Source: Phoronis australis (taxonomy: Eukaryota > Animalia > Phoronida). From it: 64,000 nt of DNA. Below the pieces are notes generated by a model, which saw nothing but the letters and a program-made list of their open reading frames with translations, was not told the DNA's origin and did not search any database. The stretch covers positions 110,568 through 174,567 of the forward strand of contig NMRA01000061.1 in the NCBI GenBank assembly GCA_002633005.1, in the 5' to 3' direction. Below are positions 9,801 through 21,800 of this stretch, in pieces (the first letter of the stretch is position 1; the number at the start of each line of letters is the position of its first letter). The position numbers and the translations under genes are program-made.

Positions 9801-12800
9801 TATGCATTTTTAATGCGCGAGACTTTGTGGAAAACTCCGCAGAAGATTTGAAAAAACCTAAAAAATCCTGCAGATGTGGAGCTTCTGTAACCAAAAGTGA
9901 AATGAAGAAATGTGTATGTAGAAACAACTCGGCTTCACCTCACAGGCGAGTGAATGACTACCAGATGTTTCCAACATTACGCCCACACAGTAAAGGTAGT
10001 CATTATTACATAATCATGCAAATGTAAACACGAGTTATTCTTTGTTTCGAGTACACTTATTTCATTAAATAATAATCTTTTTTCTCATCATGCAACAGAC
10101 AAGGAGATCCATTTCAGGAGTATGTGAGATGCCTTTGCGCGTACAAGATCCTTCTTTGCCAGATGCCAGAGCTCAATCGGAAGCTTTTACCATGTTCTGC
10201 AAGTCCATCTTCTTTCATCTGTATCTCTTTCCCTACCAATGTTCTTGCTTTTTAGAATTATTATTTTTCACCTAGTTCTGTTGAGTTCCACACTAAGTCT
10301 AACATGGCATTATAATTTCGCTATGCACCTTGTGAAATTGCGTATTTAAGTCCCGTCCAACCTGATCAAGGGTTTTGTAGGAGTAATGTGATGTGTAGGC
10401 TGGTCTGAGCACGGGAACTCGAACAAGATTCGACTTATGTAAGTTTTACTGTTACATTTTATATTTTGAACTTCTTATAATGAACTTTCTTGAAACAATG
10501 TGCTTAGATGCTGAAGAAGATGGTGATTATGATGATGAAGACGATGAAGAAGAAGAAGAAGACGACGATGATGAAGAAGAATACGAAACAGAGGAAGAAG
10601 GTACTGCTTCTGATGGAGACGCCATGTCAGTGGAAGTGACGAAGGTACTTAATATTTAATATTTATTTAAATTTTTTTTAAAAGACTGGGTGACCACTTC
10701 ATTGAATACACTGATTTCCAAGTGGTCCCTGTGGGAAATAATTACATGAAGTAAAATACAGGGACCTATGTACCATTAGATTTAAAAGATTAAGAAATAA
10801 AATGAAGTAGTTATAAAAATTAGTTAATATGTACAATTTAAGGGTAATCAATCTCGGTGAGGTGTTTCAACTTAACAATTTGTGATTTACAAGTTTAAGC
10901 AATGCAGTCGGGGGCTGGAAATGATTCCATGGCCACGGCTCCAAATGCGAACTACCACCCCATAAACCACGTTCCTTGACCAACAAACACTAAGGCCTCT
11001 GTACAAATCCCATACCCCACTCACGCACTTGAAAATGCTCCGTTAGCGTACCTGGATCCACCAAAGTCTAGTCCCTGACCTCAAAGTCCTGAATGAGGAA
11101 ACTGCGTTGTCCCGGTGACTGGAGTTTGGTCCCTGGCTAAGGAGTTTGGTCACCAGATGGAACATTAATTTCTTTTTTCATGGTAGTCTGATACTATGGT
11201 TGAAGGGATTGTAACTGGAGTAAAGAAGCACAGTTATGGAATCGTTTCCACCCCCTGGAAGTTATCTTTTGACAAATTTATTTTGAGCATGCCATCCATT
11301 GCAAGCTGATTTTTATTTTCAACTCTGCAAATTTGCTAGCTCTTTCAAGAGTTGGACAACATATTAGCAGCCATACAACACGATGTACTTACAGTTGAAT
11401 AAAAATTTTGCTTTTAATATTAGGTTTTGATTAACTCTATCAGAAAGTTTACAGTTAGCCAAACCGAGCTGTTACATTCAGTAAAAGTAGTTGAAAATAT
11501 TTTTTCATACTTGTGAATTTGTAGAGGGTCAGCTTTAACTTTTACTGATGTTCCATTGACTGTGTTGTATTACTGTTTTTTTTAAAAACATCAAACATAG
11601 TGACTTAAAAGTCTATGTTTGATGAAACACTCCACAACAATGAAAAAAATTTAAAACAATTTTAATTGTTTCATTTGAACATGCTTAGTCACTTCTGAGT
11701 GATGTTCTGAAATTTGACAAAATTTTCCGAGGTTATGTCGAATCCCAAGAAATTACCTTGAATCCTTTGCAACGTTTACTATACCTGATTTTATGCAAAA
11801 AATCTCATTATAGTACTTCTGTCTGCTTTGTTGGATCCCAGTGAAATCTTAAAATTTTGCTTTGCAGTTTCTTGATACTTGCTTAATCATGATCCAAAAT
11901 GTTTTTTCCCAACAAGTTGTTATGAGTGTTTAAAAGAATTGATTTGATGTCACTTTTGAGTGACTTTTGCTAACACATGTGACTTCTATTACAAGAACAA
12001 CAGTTGATTAAGGGTCTGTTATAAAATTTTCACTCTTATTCCCTGCTCGATAGAGAACTACAAGTAAATTTTAGGCTTTAGAACAACTAATACGTGGTTT
12101 TTGACTCAGACTAGGTCCATTAATTTGTTTGTCACACGCCGAGTTAGTTTCAGTCGCTTAAGCAGTATGGCCGACAGGAATCACATATGCTTTAGCCGCG
12201 CCATTTTTCAATACAAAGAAGCCAAGGAACACGATGACCAGTGAAGAATGCAGTTTCTGACACCACAGTGTTTACTGCAGCTGCGTCATCTACACGTTCA
12301 TCACGCTGTTGTCGTTGGTTTCAATTTTCTCATAACATACAGTGCAAGACAAATTAAAAGTGTTCACACAAAATGATCTGAAATTTCCCGTCGTGACGTC
12401 TGAGTGGAAGCTGAATTCATCGTCAGAGAAGTCTTCCCTCATGAAAGTTAGTGAGATGGCTGAGCCATTCTGTTATCTCTCCTAATAGTTAATATCATTG
12501 ATTTTGTGGTTAACAAATTAATTAGATGTCACAACAGTTAAAATGATGTTATGTTTATTACTTTTGTCTTGTGCTGTATTTTGGAATGCATTTTCATCTT
12601 GTAGGAACTTGAGTTTGAGCCAGTAAGTTGAGTGGTTCTTCACGATCCTCATGCAACTGTATTTATGTTTTCGTAGATATCACAAATGCCTTTGATCTCT
12701 GTCTTAGTGCAGCATTCACTGTGAAGTTTACACGTATTTGATTATCAATGCAACTTGCTTTATTCATTCTTTATTTGCACGCTGTCTTTTTGTTTGTAGA

Positions 12801-15800
12801 AAAGTGGTTGGAGTGAAACCTAAGTAATATGCTGTATGTTTGTATGACGTGTACGGTGTCCCCATGTGGTAGCAGCTTCAGATTCATTTAGTGATTTTTT
12901 TCTTAGTGTGGCGTGAAATGTTTTTCAACTGTCTGGCAGAGTGATCCCAGGATTTTTCTTTTTGTGTCCATGAAACGTTGCCTTTTCCAGATGGAACCTT
13001 TGTCTGAGGCATACTGTATAAAAAAGCTCAACATTTAAACAGCGGTTTGACATGTTGATCATATAGGAGTTCTGTGAGCACCTGTTTTCAATGTCAAAAC
13101 CTAAAGAGACAAGAAACTTAATTTCAAAATCTATTCATAATCGACTTCATCGCATTTGCCTTGTGTTTAATTAGACAGATGTCTTTTTTTCTGAGAAATG
13201 TGGCTGTGAATCTATTGTCTCCAAATTTTGTTTGCCACATACTCTGACCTCCAGCTTAAAATTAATCGGCGCTCCGGAAGTGACCATTTGTCTCTGAAAG
13301 TTGTCTAGTTGATTGGTTTTGACTGGCATTAATCTTTAGTTTCATCCTGCACTTCTTTGTATTAGGCATTGCCACTCAAACTTCAAGAAACTAGTACAAA
13401 TAATATTTTGCATTAAAAGTCGATGACCAATAACTGCTAGTTAGAACATTTAGTAATTGCTTGAGGGAGCATGGTTGTGTAATGGTTATGTCATGGACCG
13501 CCAAATTTGTATGTTCTTAATGCACAAAATCTGTGGTCTTAAGCACGAGACACAACTTACACTATTGGCCGCGATGTCATTATTCATTAGTGACACCTGG
13601 TGTGATTCACTTTTTACTTCTGGCAAGTATGTCGTCTGCTCACTAGCTGGAGCTGAGTTGTGCACTGGAAGAGAGTGGCACCTCCTCTAGGAACTTCATG
13701 AGCAAATATCGTGAGTTTTAAATCTGTTGTCTATGTTCTGCAGTTACGTTAACCAGAGTGTGTTTTACGCCAGGTTGTTAAGTATGAAGCGATAAGTGAC
13801 TACCAGGCCAGGGAGAAGGGTGATCTAAGTTTCGATGAAGGAGAGATACTTACACTCATCCAGATCAGGTAAGAATAAATTATGTTAATTAATTTCAGTT
13901 CAGGTGAGATGGAATTAGCAGTTGTGTATGAATTCACTCTAAGTTTTGCAGAACACAATCTGGAACAGTCTCTTAATTTGGGATATTGGAACTGTTGAGA
14001 AAATCAAGGCATTGGATATCTTCTGGATGTAAAATTGTCTTAACGCCAGTTTTTGTGACCATCATTTTGTCTTTTTAGTAGATTCATCTTTGCATTATTT
14101 TGTGTTTGTTGTAACTGGAAAAAAATGAGTAAGAGAATTCATCAAGTGCTGTGTTTGTGGTAAATCGCGAAAGTTCTAAGTATTAGAGACCCTGGTTTTC
14201 CATTTTCAAAAACAGAGGAATCCATTTCAACATCAAATTCCTTTATTCCATTTTACTATAATTTTAAAGTGGTGAATGAAAAATTATGCTTTTCTGCTGA
14301 CTTATGACACTAGTCCGTTTTCTGATAACTTGCTGCACGCTATGTTTACTGTTTCTCAAAATTGAAAAAGAGCAGCGCCATCTTCAGAAGTAATGAACAA
14401 CTACTTGAATGTTCATTGTAAAATGATCATCGCTTGATTTGTGGCGAGAATTGTTGAATTTGATGAGGTATTTCTTAGTTTTTGATAAGTAATATTAGAA
14501 AAATTTAAAAATATTAATAGAAATATTATTACAGATTATTAAAATTTTTATTTAAACTATTAGAATTGTGGTATGTGTGCCTGAAATATAATTAGTTCTT
14601 TCGAAATCTCTTAATTCCATGACAGAATTCAGTTTCTATGAATTTTGTCCATTTCTATTTTCGCGGAAAACCAGGATCTTCTCATATAATAGAAAAATAG
14701 TGTCACGGTTGCTTTACCTCACACACACCACCTGTTGGTCACACCTTATGACCTAATTATTTTGCGTTTACCCGCACCAGTTTAAATTTACCTTCTTCAC
14801 ATATTAGACTATTAATGCCATGCAATAAAATAATATTTGAAATATTAATTGTTTGCAGGGATGACGGCTGGTGGGAGGCTGAGAATGAAGAGGGGGAACG
14901 TGGTCTGGTACCTAGCACATATTTAAAAGAATACAGTAAATACAGGGACATACAGACAGAGGGTAAGCTGGAATTAAAGGGGCACTCAACTCACTTTTGT
15001 GTGCCAAAAAGTTTTGAGTACAACCACTAGCTAGATCTTTCAAGGTCATATTGCATGCACACCCTGGTCGGACAAGCAATATCACTATTTCGGTGGGACA
15101 TGTATGTGTTTTAATTGACCTCATTATGGATAGACGAATACATCACATTACAATAGATTGTGGGTTGCTGGTCATACAGTGCAGAGTGAAACCAACCAAT
15201 GAAAACCGAGAGCATACACCTTTGTTTCCAGTCAACTGGTGGCCTAGATGATGGATATTACACAAATCGCAAACCGTAAAATGGTCCTTGACAAGTGTTG
15301 CCCTGTTTTAGTTTGATGTTTATCAGGGGAGACAATCCAAGTTCTAATAGTGAGTCACCTACTCTAGTTTCCTTAACTGAGTATGTCTGGGAGTGGAGCT
15401 TATGGATAGTTTTGTCAAACCGACAAGCTTAGTTTTGTTTGAAGTTATAGTATTTGGATCTCTGAAAGTGTCTTAATATGACTAGAAAGCTTTGAAAACT
15501 ATCCAGCCTCAATTGTTTTTCTTGGATCCTGTTTGTTGGTCGAGCATACCTGCCACCGGTTCGTGATGGCAGTGACTTTCAAATTTTGGTAACTCTTGAC
15601 AAACTCTTTGAATAATGCTTTTCAGCTATGTCTCTGAAACTGGGTGTTGGTCACTTTCATCTCTCACTACACTTCCAAGTGGAGTCAATAGAGACCGTTT
15701 TTAAGACAGTCATTTCTCAAAACTGTCTCAGATATCACGTTCCTCACATAGTAATTATCACTTACGAAACAACAACTCATTGCTTACAAGGATTTGTTCG

Positions 15801-18800
15801 TTTTTATGAATAAAAAAACTTGGGATATAAAAAACTGCCTTTGAGATCATTGCTACTTTTGTTTATATTTTCTGTATTGTAAAAATTGGTGGACTACCTG
15901 TTTTAATTAATTTGTAATTATTGAATAATTATGTTAACTGTCGAGCGCTGTCTTAGACTGAATTAAAACTGTGTTAGATTTTATATTTTATATATTTTGT
16001 GTAATGTATAATGTTTATTTGTTTTAACTAATTGATTGTTTGTTTTAGTCACATGTTTGCAGAAGCATGTCAAACCTTTGCTTGTCACTTTGATGCAATA
16101 TGTCTTTATGGCATGTAAAATTTCTCTCTTTCTCTCCCCTGCCCTCTGCCTCCTCCTCCCCAGTCTTCCTCCTGTCTCCTTCCGGCATCTCCCTTCCCCA
16201 TCTCCCTTCCCTGTCTCTGCCTCCCTCTCTCCCCTTNCCCCTCCCTCTCCCCCTTTTTCTCCTCCCCCTTTTCTCCTCCCCCCATTTCTCCTCTCCCCAT
16301 TTCTCCTCTCCCCCTGTTTTCCTCTCCCCCTTTCTCTCCTCCATCGCCCCTTTCTACCTCTCTTTCTCCTCTTCTCTCCCTTTCTCACACTCACATAATT
16401 TGTGTTATAGTATTATTTCCACTGTTAACTCATTCTTTTCTTTTTGCTCTGGGCAGACACTACGCAAGAAGAAACAGAATTTCAGGAATCGGGAAACAAA
16501 AGCAGTCGTTTGTGGAAGACCATTAAGAACGCTGTAAAAGAGGTAACTAGACTTTCTGGGTTGTTTCCCTATCCTGGAAAATTAGTCCCTGGAATTACTG
16601 AGTCTTGTTCCGTTGCACAACAGGTGGTAATGGTCTCTTTCTGGGGTCCTGGATTTTTAAAACCAGTTTTGTTCACCGAATAATGGGTAACCTACTGGTT
16701 CTCTGATTCCGCAACTCTTGTAAGTGACTAGTAGTGGATGCACTGTAGTTGATATGTACATAGTAATCCGTAAATAACATGTGTTTCCCCAAACTCCAAC
16801 AGCAAACAATGCTGAAAGATATCTTCTTATTTTTAAACTATCCACAACTTGATGTTCCAGTCGAACCTCATGCCACAAACCATGGATACTATTGTCAACA
16901 TAATTAATTCTCTGACCACTGTTACGTAATATAACACACAGAAACAATAAATTATAGCTACATTGTTCAGGGAAAATAACTGACAGCTCTTAAGAGGCAA
17001 AGTCGATTCTCGCGTCTTCGGATTTTGCATTGATATTCGGTATTATTACCTGCAGACCAGTGCCACAGACGTTCTTCATGCGATGGGAGCTGTGCCATCA
17101 GGCTTCCGACCATCAACTCTTAGCAAACTACACAGTGAAAGTGACCTTTATACTATGGTGAACTACCTTGCTCCAAAGCTAAGCACATCCAACTTGGCAT
17201 ACAGAGACCTCTTCTTCGACCCTGCCACTAACAAGGTACTAATTTCTATGGATATTCTGTAGTCCAGCATTTCCATCAGACATGAGGTCGCTGGTTTGGT
17301 TTCAAGTTTTTACATTCTGTTGCTTGCAAGGTCGTTGGCAAGTTTGTTTCTCTGGTGTTACTTGTGACAACTTTCGTTGTTATGAGTGGTTTTATTCTTT
17401 TGAAACCAGATTGTAAAATTTGAGTTCTCCCGTGTCACTGAACAGAAATATTTTTGCTTTTTGTTATTTTTAATTAATTTATTAATTTAATTCAAGACCT
17501 TGCATTTTTCCATATATTGATATTTCAGAAATGAATTACGGAAATACATCGCATGCACAGTAAAAATCTTGGTCATATTTTGACTTCATTCAGTTCAAAT
17601 AACTTAAGATTTTTCATTTCTTTACATTTTTCAAATTCTTGTTTCAGGCTCTGAGATTATGTAATTAACATATTCAGTTGCTTTAAAAATTAGGTTTACC
17701 TTTCATGTTTATGGTTTTGTTGTTTCTGTTCACAGGACAATGTATTAATAATATTTTATTGAATGTGTTCAGATTCGCAGCAGGCCTGTCCGTGTCCAGA
17801 AAGTGATACAGCTAGTCAACTGTAGACAAATACCTCTGGCTGCAGCAGGTACAGTCTTTATTAAAGTACAACTCACTTAGTTTCTAAATTTAAACATTTG
17901 TCAGCATTTCAAAAAAGTTACTTTTATTACCATTTCTCCGTCTGTTTCTGTATTTCCCAGCATAACATTAGATACCACTTAGTTTTCTACATTTTGTTGA
18001 ATTTCTACAATTTCTCTGTTCACAGCAATACAATCTGAATCTCTTCGTTATACTGAATCTGTATAATTTTTAGTTTTTGAATTTCAAATTTTTGCGCACT
18101 GTCTGCATAATTTTGTTGACTGGATTACTGTTGAGTACCCAGTCTATTTTTGAAAACCTTGTTTTGATGATTTCACCAAATTAACTGTGCCTGTAGCACG
18201 GTGATTACTCGACAATTACTAACACCACATGAGAGATAAAAGAATTTATCAGCTCAACCAAACACTTTCTCGATACATCACTTAGTGGATCTTATGCTTT
18301 GGGGTCGACAGCCCTTTCTCTTTAACATTACTCATAGCACTAGTCATACTTTTAAATTTAAATGAGGTCTAGTCTCCATTGATATAATTAATAATGTTGA
18401 TTACCATTTAAACAAGGTCTCATATTCATTTTAATCTGCTATTAGCCTGCCTGCCCTTAAAGAAAATTATTGTATTTTTTGTTTAGAACACCTACTTTTT
18501 ACTCACAAATGCAAAGTGTTTTTGGGTGTGAAAAGAAAAGTCAGTTCGTTAATGTTTTCGACCACACTCACTGAAAACAATGACCCACCTTGGCAAGACA
18601 ACTTGTTGAGCTGAGTCTTATATGCTTATGAAATGCTGACAGTTTCCAAGTCCGGAAATTATTTCTTATTTGATTAAGGAACTGGTTGTAATCAGACAAA
18701 TTTTATTGTAGTATGTTGTTATCATTCTTTGACATCCATATTGCTTCATGTTTCAGGTGTTGATGTTCTAAGTCGGTATGTCAGGATATGTCTATTTGAT

Positions 18801-21800
18801 GGGTCACATGTAAGTATGCTGGTAGAAATTCAAAGCTTCTATCAAGCCTCCATCCATCTCATAAACCTACTTTTGATTTACACTACTTAGTGTAGACAAA
18901 TTGGATTTGATTTCAAGGTTTTGAAGGCAACAAAAATTTGGTATTGATTGGCTGAGATCAGGCACTTCGAGTTGGCTTGTCACGGCGTGACATTGTATGC
19001 ACTGAGCATGTTCTATACAAATTAATAATGACCACCTCTTGGCAATCCCTGAAATTACTTTCAATCTGAGTAGGGGACAAGCTGGAACCAGTTTTATAGC
19101 GGTGATGGTCCAGATCAAAAGATCATTAGATCGAAAAATCATTAGATCAAAAGATCACTTCTTTAATGGAGGCAGGGTTAACTTTAAAGTCGCTGTAATA
19201 TTCTTAAAGACAACTAATATTATCACTGATTAGAAGAGGGCATAAGTATATCACTTACAAGTAGAACTTCATGTACCTTTAACTGATATGTTTATGGCTG
19301 CAATAGTACTCATATGGACTTTTGATCTTTTGGAACAACGCTGTAAGGGAAAAGTATTCTAAAATCTCTCCCTCTGAAGAACTTTTATTATTTTATCATA
19401 TAAATTCTATCCACAATCCATCAAGTTGTGAGCGCTTTGTTCAAAGCAGTGATTGAAATAACAAAACACCTTGAAGTACCGTTATCAAGTTTTAGCAATT
19501 GAAAGTGTGAAACTTGAGTTAGTTTAAGCCAAATATTTTTGCTCCAAAATGCAGCTGATTTGTTAGCATCTATACTTTACTTTTTAACAGGTGTTGAGCA
19601 ACATTCAGGTAGTCCGGGCAATGGCTGACAAAGACCAACGCACCTGGACATTTACAGCAAAGGTAGGCATGAAATGTGCAAAGTGTGGGCCATTGCATGG
19701 CTTTGTGGTGCATTGTGGCAAAGGGTTTGTACGGCATATGGTAATTCTCCAATTATTTCATTCAAAAATAATCGCCAAAATTATCATTTTCCATTTTTCA
19801 AAGTTTGATTAATTTGCTACAAACAAAATTAATGTTGCTTTATTATATCACCGGAGTCCAAACTAGGATAGATATAGACTAAAATGTTCGTAATCTTTGT
19901 TTTTGATTTGTCGGCCATATTGTTTGCTAAATAAACAAAGACTTCCTGTAGCACTTTTTCTCGTCATTGATCATGTGATGTCATCTGATAGTAACTGGGG
20001 AGGTGACATTGTCTCCTCTAACTGCCTCCTTGGCATCTCAAAAATTTTTAACCAGGTCCTACAGGCCTGAATTTTCTGTTGTTTATTGGTCAATAATTAT
20101 ACAATATTAGTTCTTATTAGAATGTAAACTTGTTATTGATATGGTTTAACTAAATTTATAAGAAAGAAAAGACTGAATTTTTAATTAATGTTTAAATAAG
20201 AAATTCTCTGTATTTAAACTCTATAGTCTCTTGGACATTGAATGCATGAGTGTGTAAGGGTTTGTGGTCCATTTTAGACCTTCGAGTTTCCATACCCTCT
20301 GACCCCTAGTGCTTCTAATACTTCTGTAAGGACATGTTATCAAGGCCATGCATTTCTATTCTGTTGCGTTTCACTAACGAGTTTCTTCTCTAACACCGTT
20401 GACTTAGAGTGTTGCATTTGTAGCATTTTGATTTTAATTGAGAGTTTGGCAGTTCATTTAATGTGCGTGTCTCTAAGGATTTGAAGTGCGTGGCAGCAAT
20501 CATCCAATGGTGAAATGGCTTAATAATTTGTATTTCTTGACTTTTGTTGTGCAGTTGTTCACTCTCAATTATTTAATAATTCACATCAAGCATAAAAGTT
20601 TAATAATTTGCACAGAATGACTGTTAACGTTTTGTTTCATCAGTTGGTGACTAATGAGGTATTAGTAATTACTCGTTAATAATTAATGTATTCGTCATTT
20701 TGCTTAATAGCAATTGAAACGACTATAAACTGTCTTTCATCACAAAAATAACTTTTATTCAGACCACTTACCGTTAGGAATTTGGTCTCAAGTTGCTCTT
20801 AAGTCAGATCGGAGATGATACCAGAGCTTGGCAAGCAGTGGGAGTTTGTGATTGGTTGATATTAGGTTTTACATTTTTGCCTGTCACACCGTATGTCATC
20901 CTATGCACTGACTATCGTCTCAACGAGTAATGGAATGTCAGTTCGTTGCAAACCCAGATGAAATCGTTCCTCATCATTTTAAGGAACAAATTGAAAATTA
21001 CCAATTTTGAAAAGGTAAGTGATGTAAATCAACAGTTTGCTTCTTTGATGGAATGCAGATTTATGTTCTTTAATAAAAAAATTCATTTGTTGCACGCATG
21101 TTTTGATATCTGTCTCAAGATATAAACTTTGTTTTAGGTTGCCGACAACAGCATTGACTTCGCTGAGCTGTTCATTCGCTCCAACATGACTAATAAGAAC
21201 GTTGGGATACTGTTTGAGCTATCTTTGATTTATGAGAGAACCGTAAGTTGGCCAACATGTTATGTTTTCTTGGGGAAAGGAAACTGCCCTGTGTATTTGA
21301 GTCTAATGCAGTGCTAATTATGTCAAGCCAAAGTTGCAAACTTCAAACTCGACTGTATCAAGTGAGTGGTGGTAAATCTTTCATGTAATACAACCAGTAA
21401 GCTCCATTCGTTCTGCTGTTGTCATTTGAAGTTAAAACACTATTAATTAGCTGTGTTAATGAACCAAATTATGAAGTTCTACCCCAAAAGATGTGATTTT
21501 CTGAGGTGACACTGCACGGAGCTTAGGATAACTTATTTCATTTGCTTTTCATTGGTTTCAGGACTGATTTTGTTGTTCATACATTTTTGCTTCGTCATAA
21601 GTTACTATGACAACTTGGTTTATCTGCTATGTGAGTTTCATGATGAAAAAATGGTTCGAAGTATTGTTCTGTTTTGATGTTTTCCATTAATTGAGTTTTA
21701 CATGTGAGAGGACTAAGTTTAATATTAACGAGTTGGGCTGTTTTTACTCAGAGTGCTATTTCATCAATTAACTACAGCTTCTATCTGGTCACTGCTGTTA

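Noticed and set aside
15327-15349. Possible microexon (cag...gtgagt) between the SH3 exon and the next exon
   Set aside because: 23 nt, breaks the frame; neighbouring exons already join in phase
15981-16537. Cluster of overlapping Pro/Leu/Ser- and Gly/Arg/Glu-rich ORFs
   Set aside because: Artefact of the C/T low-complexity tract, which lacks stop codons; only 16457-16542 is a real exon
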